A stretch of 64,000 bases of DNA from Thermodesulfobacteriota bacterium (GTDB lineage Bacteria > Desulfobacterota > Desulfarculia > JACQYL01): contig CAXXLZ010000002.1 of the NCBI GenBank assembly GCA_963675595.2, positions 3,264,001 to 3,328,000 of the forward strand. The letters are read 5' to 3'. Below the pieces are notes generated by a model. The model saw only the letters and a list, made by a program, of their open reading frames with translations, was not told the DNA's origin and did no database searches. The position numbers and the translations under genes are program-made. Numbering within the stretch: position 1 is the stretch's first letter; every line of letters begins with the position of its first letter. This document shows, piece by piece, positions 13,270 through 23,021 of this stretch.

Positions 13270-13446
13270 GCTCCTCCACCGATTCGTAGAAGGTCCGGAA
13301 GTCTTGAGTAATCTAAGCAGCAGTCGTGGAAGGTGTCCAGGCTTTTCCAGTCATGGGGTGACGACGGTCGCGACTTTCAAACCCCTGAGCTGCGGGAGTG
13401 CATCGTGAACTCCACGGCTCCGCGAGGGGGTCCACTTATGCCGATA

Positions 13447-13612
13447 GGCAATTGAAAAATGCGATCTGCGGTGTTGCGCTTCATCCCTCGTTGCTGCGAC
13501 GACGTACTTCCAGATGCGCCTTGTATCTTGCTTAAGACGCATTTTGATGTAAGTTCTTTGATTCTGTGTGTACCGATTTAGGCGCCTTGCATCTCATCGT
13601 TTTTCAATAGCC
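13447..13612. repeat. MITE/REP-like intergenic element, family A
   Basis: Terminal IRs GGCAATTGAAAAATG / CGTTTTTCAATAGCC; core GCGATCTGCGGTGTTGCGCTTCATCCCTCG resembles 45792-45914. Confidence 0.6.
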
Positions 13613-13804
13613 CACAATAATCCGACTTTTGCAACCGGCAGTTTAAGGAGTGGGCGACATTTCGGAATTTCCGCGTTGACACCTCAAAACGCAAGCGGTT
13701 ACGGTGCAAAGGGATGGTTGGGGAATGCCGGGTTCCTCCGCAAGCGGGAAAATCGGCGTCAAAGCAATGCGTTGATGAATTCAAATTCGGAAGGAGGTTC
13801 GGAC

Positions 13805-15079
13805 ATGCGGAAATGCGGTGAGTTCTTGTTCTTGTCGGGCTTTTTCATCTTCTTGGCTCTTGCCGTTCCGGCAGCACAGGCTGCGGACTGTGAGCTCTTC
13901 TACGAGGATTTTTCCGGGGACTCCATCCACACGTGGGATTTCTTTGGAGATCCCTACTGGTCCATTGAAAACGGTATGGTGGTTCTCACCGATCCCGAGG
14001 AATATACCGTTGCCGAAACCTCGTTCGTTCCCGGTGAACCTTTTGTGATGGATGTGGACGTGGTGGACTACACGTTTTCGGAAGAAGATAAGGACTGTTA
14101 TTTCGGGCTGTACGCGTTTACTAAAGGGCATGGTCGGTTCACCGTCGAAGGAGAGGAAGTCGACGGAGTGACGGCGGTGGTGTGGCCCATCGATTACGAG
14201 GATGCCTGTCTTGGTGTATGGGACACACCCAATCAGGAGTGGATCACCGCGGATTGCCACGTGTTTCCCGTGCCCCTGACTTCCTTCGGGATTTCGATAT
14301 CGGAGACCGAACTGGTTCTTCGTCTCAACAAGGAGAACACCCCGGTGAAGTTTAGTGGAGACTTCTCCGCCGCGGCACCGCTCATCGACACGGTATGGCT
14401 CAGGGCCAATTGTCCGGGGATGACCTTGCGCCTGGACAATCTATGCGCCCAACCTTTATCCGAAGGCGGTTACGACGGGATCTGGAAGGATGCAGGCCCA
14501 ACCATGAATTTCTACGTGCAAACCTACGCTCCGGGATCCGTCATCGTAATCGCCACGCCCAACTTGTCGGATTTCTATGTATTTCTCGATTCGGACGTTT
14601 CGGACGGGGTGGATGTCGACGACCTTGCCGGCGCGGGGCATCATTTGAGCCTTACCTTTTCTTCTCCGACCGAGGCTTCCGCGACCATGACTTTGGCCGG
14701 TTCCGCCGCAAAAAATTACGCCATCGCCAGGGAGTTCCGCATACCGGCCAATCCCGATGCCGACGGAATTTGGAAGTCCCCCTCATGCGATGCTCCGACA
14801 CGGAATCTCTACGTACAGACCTACGCGGCCGGTTCCGGCATCGCCATCGTCACGTCGGACTTGCAGGAATTCATGGTTTTCCTGGATTCGGATACGGCTT
14901 CCGGGTTCGAAGCTGAGGAACTATCCGGTAAGCCGTTCCACCTCTCTTTGGGGTTCAGTGGTTCACCTCCGGAAGGCGCCACCACCATGTCCCGGTGCGT
15001 GGCGGCACCTCAGGGCGTGACTTCCGCGGAAATGAACGGGTATGTTTCCCTATACTCCATTATAACGACGGACAAGTAG
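13805..15079 (+). CDS. Secreted hypothetical protein with two C-terminal GIWK...FLDSD repeats
   Basis: RBS GGAGG before ATG 13805; signal peptide ending AQA; tandem ~75-aa repeat. Confidence 0.75.
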   Translation: MRKCGEFLFLSGFFIFLALAVPAAQAADCELFYEDFSGDSIHTWDFFGDPYWSIENGMVVLTDPEEYTVAETSFVPGEPFVMDVDVVDYTFSEEDKDCYFGLYAFTKGHGRFTVEGEEVDGVTAVVWPIDYEDACLGVWDTPNQEWITADCHVFPVPLTSFGISISETELVLRLNKENTPVKFSGDFSAAAPLIDTVWLRANCPGMTLRLDNLCAQPLSEGGYDGIWKDAGPTMNFYVQTYAPGSVIVIATPNLSDFYVFLDSDVSDGVDVDDLAGAGHHLSLTFSSPTEASATMTLAGSAAKNYAIAREFRIPANPDADGIWKSPSCDAPTRNLYVQTYAAGSGIAIVTSDLQEFMVFLDSDTASGFEAEELSGKPFHLSLGFSGSPPEGATTMSRCVAAPQGVTSAEMNGYVSLYSIITTDK

Positions 15080-15690
15080 AACGAGGCGGGCCGGACGGTC
15101 CGTGAAGGATGAACCCACCTTGGCAGGCCGCTTCCAAGGGCTGAAAGGTCCAGGGGGTGCGCCGGAGACCGCCGGCAAGGCGTATGCATTCACGGGGGGG
15201 AACTTTGAAAAGTTCCCCCCCGATGCCCCCCCTCAGATACCATATTGGCCTCGTCGCCTCGGGCGGAGAGGCTTCATATTTGATCACCGCGAAGTTGGAA
15301 CTCCGGTCTCAAGATCGAAACCCGCCTCTGCAAACCGAAAACCCTCCGTGTCGAAAAAACCGTACGTACCCAAAGACTGCCGACCCGGAACCGGCCCGGC
15401 GAAGGTTATTGACTCCCACTCGCATGGTCTCGGAAAAAAGGGCCATCATAAAATGATCGGAAAACGATAAATAATCATTGCAATACGATAAATAGCGTGG
15501 TACTTTGATTTTTAAATACAGCGGGCCTCGTCGGACGGTGGCCGAATTCGGATGCCGGCACGCTTGGGGGAGAAGGGAGCCGCCAAAAGTGCTGAACGCA
15601 ATATGAGACGCGGGAAGAGTGGGCGCGGGAGGGGAGCGAAACGCGAAATAGGCCCCGCCGACGGCCAAGGCGGGAAGGGTGGTAACCCCT

Positions 15691-15803
15691 CACGGGGGGA
15701 ACCTCTTCCATTGTAGGGGCAGGCCGCAGTGCCTGCCCGAAAGACGGCCGAAGACCCACCTTCTCCGCGGTGCATCCGTGCCGGCGATCCCTCGGTGACC
15801 CTG
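15691..15803. repeat. GTAG-type REP-like element, family B copy 1
   Basis: TCCATTGTAGGGGCAGGCCGCAGTGCCTGCCCGAAAG...; close homolog at 54040-54150. Confidence 0.7.
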
Positions 15804-15891
15804 TCAATAGGAATGAAGAGTGGTCCGACCGCATCGGACGTAGTCCGTTCATGCCGGACCGTTACCGATCCGTAACCCGGGAGATATCCTC

Positions 15892-16434
15892 ATGGACAAT
15901 GCTTCAAGAATACGAAATCTCAGCAGGTCCTTTTATCTGTTGTTTTCTTTTTTGTCGGCGGCAATACCTTTGTATTATGCATGTTACTGGTTCTTTCTTA
16001 ATGATCTTCCCGACAGGCTCATCACGGTCAATATGGCCCCCACACCCCTGGTTCCGAACCATCTGGCCGCAATACAACGCCTGATCGGATTCCTTGCGAG
16101 TTTGTTCCCTATGTCGGTCTTGATCTACGGCATGCTTAACGTCAGAAAACTATTCTTATTCTATAGCCGAGGAATCATATTTTCCTTCGAGCACGTCGTG
16201 CTCTTCAAAAAAACCGCCAAGGCTTTTCTAATATGGGTCTTCTTGTCGATCCTGTATGAGTCCGCGAAAAGCGTGTTGTTTACCATTGGAAACCCTCCGG
16301 GCAAGAGACTACTTCAAGTCGGGTTCGGTTCGGAACAGGCGACGATGCTTTTGGCGGCGGGAATCCTGTTCGTCATCGCCTGGATAATGGACGAAGGAAG
16401 AATCTTGAGAGAAGAGAACGAACTGACCGTCTGA
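15892..16434 (+). CDS. DUF2975 family membrane protein
   Basis: Four TM segments, C-terminal MDEGRILREENELTV, typical pairing with a downstream XRE regulator. Confidence 0.8.
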   Translation: MDNASRIRNLSRSFYLLFSFLSAAIPLYYACYWFFLNDLPDRLITVNMAPTPLVPNHLAAIQRLIGFLASLFPMSVLIYGMLNVRKLFLFYSRGIIFSFEHVVLFKKTAKAFLIWVFLSILYESAKSVLFTIGNPPGKRLLQVGFGSEQATMLLAAGILFVIAWIMDEGRILREENELTV

Positions 16435-16445
16435 TCGGGGTTTTC

Positions 16446-16649
16446 ATGTCGATTATGATCAATCTGGATGTGATGCTGGCCAAGCGTAAGATGAAATCGA
16501 ACGAGTTGGCCAAGCTCATCGGCATCACCGAACAGAATCTATCCATTCTGAAGACGGGAAAAGCCAAGGCGATTCGTCTTTCCACCTTGGATGCCCTATG
16601 CAGGCACCTTGAGTGCCAACCCGGAGACCTTCTTGAATACAAAGAATAA
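16446..16649 (+). CDS. XRE/Cro-family HTH transcriptional regulator (YozG-like)
   Basis: IMINLDVMLAKRKM...NLSILKTGKAKAIRLSTLDALC..LECQPGDLLEY. Confidence 0.9.
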   Translation: MSIMINLDVMLAKRKMKSNELAKLIGITEQNLSILKTGKAKAIRLSTLDALCRHLECQPGDLLEYKE

Positions 16650-16683
16650 TCGACTGACGGCTGCGGCGATACATATCAGATCG

Positions 16684-17562
16684 TTGCCGTTCTTCTTGAC
16701 GCTGATTTTCGTGTTTCTGTCGTCGCCGGGGTATTCGAAAGAATCCGGGTCGCTGCTTGAGGTTACACCTTACGTGGCGGCGTACGCATCGGAACAGGTA
16801 AAACCCGTCCCGGGCTCCCATGGGGACGAAGGTCGTTTGGCCCGGCTCCTGAAGGTTTCCAAGATTCTGATCGATCCCGAACGGGGCGTTCACACCAACG
16901 GCATCAAACCGTCCACCTTTATTTTATACGACAAGCTGGACTTCGTGGGGCTCGGCTTCCTAATAACTTGGGGACTTACCACCGACCAAAGACGGATCCT
17001 GAAGGAATGGCACAGGAAGTACATGGGTGACAACCCAGCGAATGTGTTTTTCGCGCCCACCGCCGACGACATTGTACGAACCCGGGCCGCGTTCGGGTGC
17101 TCCCACTACGCCAGAGCGTTCATAGCGGTGGTGAAGTCACTGAGGCTGGTGGATCGACCGGAAAGCCTCCGGTATGTCGTTTCCTGTAAAGCGGACGACT
17201 ACAACAACGCGTTGGAAGCAGGGAACCGGGAGAAGACCATCAACGGTCACCAGTTCGTCCTGGCCGAAATCGACGGCAGGTGGGCGGCAATCAACACCTC
17301 CAAGGGTGAATGGATCGAAATGCCGGACGGGTTTTCGCCCGACCGGATCGGGCCTCCCGACAATGTCACCGTCCGCTTCCAATCGTACCCCGATGTCGTG
17401 TTCGCGCTCCGGAAAATCGGGAAAGATTACAATGACGGATGCAACGATGATTCCTTGTTCGCCCTGATGAATCTTTATCGTTCTGGGGATGAGGAGGATT
17501 CGGATTTCAGATGGAAGAAGGTCCCACTCGGAGACGATCCGACGGGGCGGCCACAACGGTGA
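16684..17562 (+). CDS. Exported hypothetical protein with transglutaminase-like domain
   Basis: Signal-like N-terminus; GCSHYARAF...GHQFVLAEIDGRWAAINT (Cys-His-Asn); start uncertain. Confidence 0.55.
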   Translation: MPFFLTLIFVFLSSPGYSKESGSLLEVTPYVAAYASEQVKPVPGSHGDEGRLARLLKVSKILIDPERGVHTNGIKPSTFILYDKLDFVGLGFLITWGLTTDQRRILKEWHRKYMGDNPANVFFAPTADDIVRTRAAFGCSHYARAFIAVVKSLRLVDRPESLRYVVSCKADDYNNALEAGNREKTINGHQFVLAEIDGRWAAINTSKGEWIEMPDGFSPDRIGPPDNVTVRFQSYPDVVFALRKIGKDYNDGCNDDSLFALMNLYRSGDEEDSDFRWKKVPLGDDPTGRPQR

Positions 17563-17605
17563 GAAGAGTGAAAACAGGCGGTATCGCCCGCCGGCGGCCT
17601 TTTTT

Positions 17606-18778
17606 CTACTTCCACTTGTTCGAAAAACCCAGGGCAAAGGCACGGAACACGAGCCGCAGGAAGCCGGGATTGTCCAATATGATTTTCTCCGAACCCAGGG
17701 TTCCGCGGAAGGATGCCGCGTCTTCCGGTTTGCCGGAAACCGTCGCAGCAATTTGTCCCGCATAGGTGATCATGATTTCTTGGGCGCAGCCTTGAGGCAG
17801 AACGCCCCAGGTCAGTTTGTCCTTCAAATGCACCAGGGCCGCCACCGCCGCCACGGTTACGGCGTCGCGTTCGATCTCGGAAAAGTTCTCCTTCAACAGC
17901 CGGGCCGACTCCGCATCGAGGAACCCTTGAATCCCCTCGATCATGCGCGTTTCGTCCGTCCCGAATCTTTCCACATGGACCAGCGAGGAGCACCGGCTTA
18001 GAGGCGTCATCTCGTTCTGCAGTTCCAGGGCTTTCTTGACCGCCGTTTTAACGACCCGGCCGATGAGCTCCCCCAGTTTGACGTGCTTGCCCGCTCCCGC
18101 GAGCGGCACGCCCGTACCCAGCATGCACGCCACGGCGATTTGATCCGTTCCGGTGCCCGTGGCCAGGCCGTCGGAATAGCGGGAATTGACGGCCAATTCC
18201 TGTAGCGCGGCCGTCTTGGCTTCCGCGGCGGTCATTACGGTTCGCACCAGGGCTCCCGACGTAAGTTCCTTGTTGATGCACACTATGGTGTTGATGGTTC
18301 CTTCTTGGGGAAGCGCCTCCTGATTAAGGCTCTCGTAAACTCCGTCATGCTCGTAGCAGGAAGCCGGGTCTCCCGCCCGGCCGGCGTTGGTTTCCACACC
18401 GCCCGTGACCACGGCGGCGACCTCCAATTCGCGGAAGCGTTCGGACACGACGGCCGCGTTGTTCATGTTGGCGGCCGTTCCCAGGGTGGCGCATTCCTCG
18501 GGCGGCAATCCGTGCCGTTCGCACACGAATCGACGAAATTCGCTCGGCTCCAACGGGTTGGTGCCGGGAAAGCTTTTCATATGCCGGCCGTGGGGTTCGC
18601 ATCCCTGGTGGTTGTAGATGTACGTTTTTTCTTCGCTGATGCCTCCGTCGCAGCGGCAGGTGGAGATGATGCGGTGAGGGGAGAGGAACCTTACAATGAT
18701 GATCTTTTCTCTTCGCTCCACTTCCACATGACCGTACAGGGTTTCCAACAGCATCATCCTCTCCTTGTATTTGCTCAC
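17606..18778 (-). CDS. cbiZ: Adenosylcobinamide amidohydrolase
   Basis: LGTAANM, VTGGVETNAGRAGDPA, GTINT, EAKTAAL and ATGTGTDQI. Confidence 0.88.
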   Translation of the reverse strand: MSKYKERMMLLETLYGHVEVERREKIIIVRFLSPHRIISTCRCDGGISEEKTYIYNHQGCEPHGRHMKSFPGTNPLEPSEFRRFVCERHGLPPEECATLGTAANMNNAAVVSERFRELEVAAVVTGGVETNAGRAGDPASCYEHDGVYESLNQEALPQEGTINTIVCINKELTSGALVRTVMTAAEAKTAALQELAVNSRYSDGLATGTGTDQIAVACMLGTGVPLAGAGKHVKLGELIGRVVKTAVKKALELQNEMTPLSRCSSLVHVERFGTDETRMIEGIQGFLDAESARLLKENFSEIERDAVTVAAVAALVHLKDKLTWGVLPQGCAQEIMITYAGQIAATVSGKPEDAASFRGTLGSEKIILDNPGFLRLVFRAFALGFSNKWK

Positions 18779-19242
18779 ACCGTGTGCGGGGGAACATTCG
18801 CTTCACCGGCCCCCCTTGTATATCGGGCATGTCGTCGTTTTTCACCCGCCTGCGGCAACCGGCCTTTTCAACAGGCTCTTGAGCGATTTTGAGGGAATTC
18901 GACCCGCTTTCACTTCACGGGCGTACTTCGGAACTCGTATTCATTCACGGGGGAGGACTTTCGGGAAAGTCCTCCCCCGGACCCTCTCCCAAAGCTTTCT
19001 GAGGAAGTAATCCGGTTTCCTTACTCATTCCCAACGCTTGTTACATCTGCTGAATCGGCAAAGAGGTTCCCAAGCTCGGCTTCGTCCCGGAAGCAACGGA
19101 CCCCCGTTTCGATCTTGCGAATCGTCTAGGGAATTCGCAAAACGGGTAGTGTGTACCGCCTAACATGCTAAAATACCTAAAGTTGCTAGGAAGGAGCCCG
19201 AGGGAACCCTCCGGATGCTCACCGGAACTCAACCGCCATGCC

Positions 19243-20940
19243 CTAATTTGCCATTGGGGGTTTTGCATCGCCGGCCTCGGAGGTCACTTTCTTGAGGGTT
19301 TGTTCCAGACCCATGAGAAAGACCTGGGGCTCCTTCAGCTCCGATGTGAGTTGCATGTAACGATGCGCATGGTAGTGGATCGGCGAAGCGGTACTTCCAT
19401 GAGTGGAGGCATGGGTTTGGGCGTTCTCTCGGCCGTGATGCGCTGTGCCGTGCCCGTGCGCCGACCCGCTCGTGTTGTGATCCGGTTGCTCATGGACATC
19501 GGAAAGGTAGTTCGTAGACCTCATCAGTTCAACTTCTTCCAGAACTCGGGGAATCATTTCTTCCAGGGCCGCGCGGTGGACCTCCAACCGATGCGCCAGG
19601 CTTCGAATATCCGGATGGAGAGACTCTTCCGTTGCGGGGGATGACCCGACCGTCGTGCCGACCTCCTTAAGGTAAGATCGGATGCCGTTCAATCTGTTCT
19701 CCATGTCGAGCCACAAGAGGAAAACGGATTGTCCGAGCACCTTGTGCTCCCGTTCGCGCTCCGTGCGGGCTGCTTGGAGTTGAGGGGCGATACGATCCAC
19801 GGTTCGGGTCATGGATTCAATGGAGACGGACAACGCGGTCCATTGGGCTTTGGGAATGAGCTGGGCCGCTTCCGGCATTCCGGGTGCGGTCGCCCCCATA
19901 GGCCGTTTCCGGGAACTGCTTCCACCGCCCAGATAGTAGACCCAATCAACGAACACCCGAGGCTCTCCAATTTCCGGGTGAGGTCCGCACAGAATGACTC
20001 GGCCCTTGCCGTAGGAGCCGGTGATCACGGCAGGTCGCGATACCAGTTTGTTCGGGGCGTTGTGATCATAAGGTTCGCCTTGGTAGGAAAAACAATCGCC
20101 GAAATCCCGATAGGCGGCGAGGAGTTCGACGCCCTCACCCACCGAGGAAAACGTCTGTCCGGAGTAATAGAGCGGTTTGAATGGCTTCGAAGCGCCGAGC
20201 ATGGCGGGGTGCGTCGGTGCGAGGGTGTCCAATCGGGCGAACCCATGAAGGTTGAGGCCGTAGGTGTAGCCGCGGTCGGATTGGAGGAGCGAGGCCTCCA
20301 GGAGCCCCAAACGAACGCCGAAGACGTTGCCGCCGCAGGTTCCCAGAAATCCCAATCCTCGATCATGAACGGATTGCTTGAGGATCCGTTGATCCTCGGA
20401 ACTTATGTAGGCTTCATAGCCGCCGCCGGAGGGGAAGCTGACCACGTCCACGCCTTCCGTCAAATGCATGCTGGTTTCGTCGAAAAGAACGAAAGGGATT
20501 CCGCTTTCTTCCAGGGGTTTGGCGTGCCACAAATGCCCGGCCGTAACCCCTTTGCCGCAGTAAATGCCCACGGTCACCGGTTTCAGGCGTGGGGCGCCCG
20601 GGTCGTCGGGACACGGCACTCGGAACGTCCCTTCAGGCAGGTCTTCGGCGAGCAAATCGGACTTCCCGTCAAGTCGGACGATGAACGTCCCTCTTTGGAT
20701 ACCCTCCTGGGGTATATCGTTGGTCGCTCGACTCACCTTAAACCCTTTGTCCACAAGTCGGCCTACCAAGGCATATTGCCGGTAATCCGGAGGAATAACG
20801 AGACAATTGGGTGCCGACGGTGATCCGTAACATATACTCAAACATAGTATATCTATAGATAGAAGCACTAGCAACGCAGTGAGAATCGTTCCATACTTGA
20901 TCACATGCTGTAAATAGTCCACTCCATCCCCCGAAGTCAT
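19243..20940 (-). CDS. BPL_N / class I glutamine amidotransferase-like protein with His-rich C-terminal region
   Basis: VGIYCGKG, FPSGG, FLGTCGG (nucleophile elbow), YYSG, YGKGRVILCGPHPE; start uncertain. Confidence 0.65.
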   Translation of the reverse strand: MTSGDGVDYLQHVIKYGTILTALLVLLSIDILCLSICYGSPSAPNCLVIPPDYRQYALVGRLVDKGFKVSRATNDIPQEGIQRGTFIVRLDGKSDLLAEDLPEGTFRVPCPDDPGAPRLKPVTVGIYCGKGVTAGHLWHAKPLEESGIPFVLFDETSMHLTEGVDVVSFPSGGGYEAYISSEDQRILKQSVHDRGLGFLGTCGGNVFGVRLGLLEASLLQSDRGYTYGLNLHGFARLDTLAPTHPAMLGASKPFKPLYYSGQTFSSVGEGVELLAAYRDFGDCFSYQGEPYDHNAPNKLVSRPAVITGSYGKGRVILCGPHPEIGEPRVFVDWVYYLGGGSSSRKRPMGATAPGMPEAAQLIPKAQWTALSVSIESMTRTVDRIAPQLQAARTEREREHKVLGQSVFLLWLDMENRLNGIRSYLKEVGTTVGSSPATEESLHPDIRSLAHRLEVHRAALEEMIPRVLEEVELMRSTNYLSDVHEQPDHNTSGSAHGHGTAHHGRENAQTHASTHGSTASPIHYHAHRYMQLTSELKEPQVFLMGLEQTLKKVTSEAGDAKPPMAN

Positions 20941-21120
20941 CTATTGTCCATAGGTTATAGACCCTGTGCGCCCAAGTACACATTAGGCCTGTAGCATGAG
21001 AAGAAGTGGTTGTCGAATCAAAAGCTCGAACAGGCGGAGGGTGCTATGGAAGTATTGTGATCCGACGTAATTTCACCTTGACTTATCCCGCTATGCCGTG
21101 CGAAGGAATATGAACATTAT

Positions 21121-21278
21121 TTGCAGGTGCGAAAGCTTAATAGGGAACCCCGTGAGAGTCGGGGGCGGTCCCGCCGCTGTGACCGGGAACGAACTCCTCG
21201 GAAGCCACTGCGAGTCTGAAGACTGGTGGGAAGGCGAGGAGTGTAGATGGATCCGGGAGCCAGAAGACCTGCCTGCAA
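21121..21278 (+). promoter_or_regulatory. Cobalamin (B12) riboswitch 1
   Basis: AGGTGC...AATAGGGAA...GCGGTCCCGCCGCTGTG...GCCACTG...GGGAAGG...AGCCAGAAGACCTGCC. Confidence 0.95.
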
Positions 21279-21351
21279 GGACGGAATGGATTGGGCGCTG
21301 CGGTGAATTGTGCCCGATTCGGTAATGCAAGGGATCAAGAAAACTGGGTGC

Positions 21352-21390
21352 AGTCCCTGAGTCCTCATGGCTCGGGGATTTTCTTTTTTC
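21352..21390 (+). terminator. Attenuator terminator of riboswitch 1
   Basis: AGTCCCTGAGTC-ctcat-GGCTCGGGGATT hairpin plus T tract. Confidence 0.7.
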
Positions 21391-21445
21391 CGGGCCGTGG
21401 GTTCCAAAGACCGTTGGAAACCAACAAGGCGTGAGGAGGTAGGTT

Positions 21446-22909
21446 ATGAAGTCCCTGAAGGCGGGCGTTCTGGCCATGGTCTTTTTGCTTGCGGCAACGG
21501 CGGCTTATGCGGAGTACGGGGGCATCTGGAAGAACGCCGATCAGACCATCAATATCTGGCTTTCCGAACACGATACCCGGGCCATGACCGCGGTCCGCAC
21601 ACCGGACCTGACGGCGTTCGAGTCTTTTCTGGATTCCGATTTCACGAACGGATTCGACGCCATGGAACTGAGCGGTCTGGGCAGCCGCCTGCAAATCACC
21701 TTTACCGGCGATACCACGGCAACGTGTACTTACACACCGTCCGGCGGTTCCCCCGTGGTCGACGAGCTCACCAAGAGCTTCGGGGGGGCTTACTGCGGAT
21801 TCGTGTTTGCCACGGGCGGCTTGTTCAGCGATCCCGAAGGGCTGACCTATCGCCTCACCGCCTCGTCCCCCTTCAACATCGGGGAGTTCAAGGTGGCCAA
21901 CGGCGACGACTTGATCGTGTACGAGGACTCCTTCGTCCGCGTGTACGGAGACAATGCGTATTTTATCGGCCGATACGGCAGCGACACGGTAACCGTCATG
22001 AAAGCGACCGAATTGCAGGCCGACCCCGTGGTTCAATACAGCGTGGGGCCTGAAGACACCATGGGCGATCTGGACCTGCCGACGCCCCAGGCCTCCACCA
22101 ACCCGCACGACATGGTGTTTTTGAGCGAGTCGACGGCTTATATGAGTTTCGCCGGCGCGAGCGCGATTCTGAAGCTCAACCCGCTGACGGGCGAACGCTT
22201 GGCGTTGATCGATGTGTCCGCCTACTGCGAAGGCGACGACGAGTTGCCCGAGGCGAGCCCCATGGCCAAGGTGGGACAATATATCTATGTGGCGCTCAAA
22301 CGGCAGGATCGAAACAACAGTTGGAAACCGGATATTCCCGTGATCATCAAGATTGATACGGAGACGGACACCATCGTGGACCTGGACCCGGTCGCCGAAG
22401 GGGTGCAGGGGATCACCCTGTCGCTACGCAATCCTTCCGCCATGGAATACGTGGAGGCTCGAAACGAGCTGTATTTGTCGTGCACCGGTGACTCCAACGA
22501 TGCCGAAGTACCTTCGGGCGTGCAGATCATCGATGTGCTCACCGACACGGTGAAGGGGGCGATTCTTACCCCGGCGGAAACCGGATATCGAGTGTCCATT
22601 CTTCGGGCCTCCAGTGCATCCAAGGCGTACATCATCGGGTACGATGATTCGGCCGACTGGCCGTGGCCCTATTTCCTCAGCGAGGTGGACCTGAACAGCG
22701 GGCAGGTGGTGGACGACAAGTTTCACTCGGTTGATTACTATATTCCGGACATGGCCCTGGGATGCAAAGACTGCGGTTGCCGGCTGTTCGTCCTGGATCG
22801 ATCGGACGAAGACCCGGGCATCTGGATATTCGAGACTCAGGGGAATACATTGCTCGGTAAGGCGCAAACCATGCTGCCTTTGGCGGGTATGGCGGTGATG
22901 GAGCGCTAG
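21446..22909 (+). CDS. B12-regulated secreted protein: GIWK...FLDSD domain plus YncE/BtuG-like beta-propeller
   Basis: RBS GAGGAGG; signal peptide ending AYA; propeller-like repeats NPHDMVFLSESTAY, KVGQYIYVA and NPSAMEYV..NELYL; directly behind riboswitch 1. Confidence 0.7.
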   Translation: MKSLKAGVLAMVFLLAATAAYAEYGGIWKNADQTINIWLSEHDTRAMTAVRTPDLTAFESFLDSDFTNGFDAMELSGLGSRLQITFTGDTTATCTYTPSGGSPVVDELTKSFGGAYCGFVFATGGLFSDPEGLTYRLTASSPFNIGEFKVANGDDLIVYEDSFVRVYGDNAYFIGRYGSDTVTVMKATELQADPVVQYSVGPEDTMGDLDLPTPQASTNPHDMVFLSESTAYMSFAGASAILKLNPLTGERLALIDVSAYCEGDDELPEASPMAKVGQYIYVALKRQDRNNSWKPDIPVIIKIDTETDTIVDLDPVAEGVQGITLSLRNPSAMEYVEARNELYLSCTGDSNDAEVPSGVQIIDVLTDTVKGAILTPAETGYRVSILRASSASKAYIIGYDDSADWPWPYFLSEVDLNSGQVVDDKFHSVDYYIPDMALGCKDCGCRLFVLDRSDEDPGIWIFETQGNTLLGKAQTMLPLAGMAVMER

Positions 22910-23021
22910 GCTGTCATCCGGGCCTCGATTCGCCGGACCGAAGCGGATCGCGGTCCTTCGGAATTCAACAACCGACTTCACGAAATCGGCCGCCGTTGCG
23001 AGACGCGCGGCCGATTTCTTT

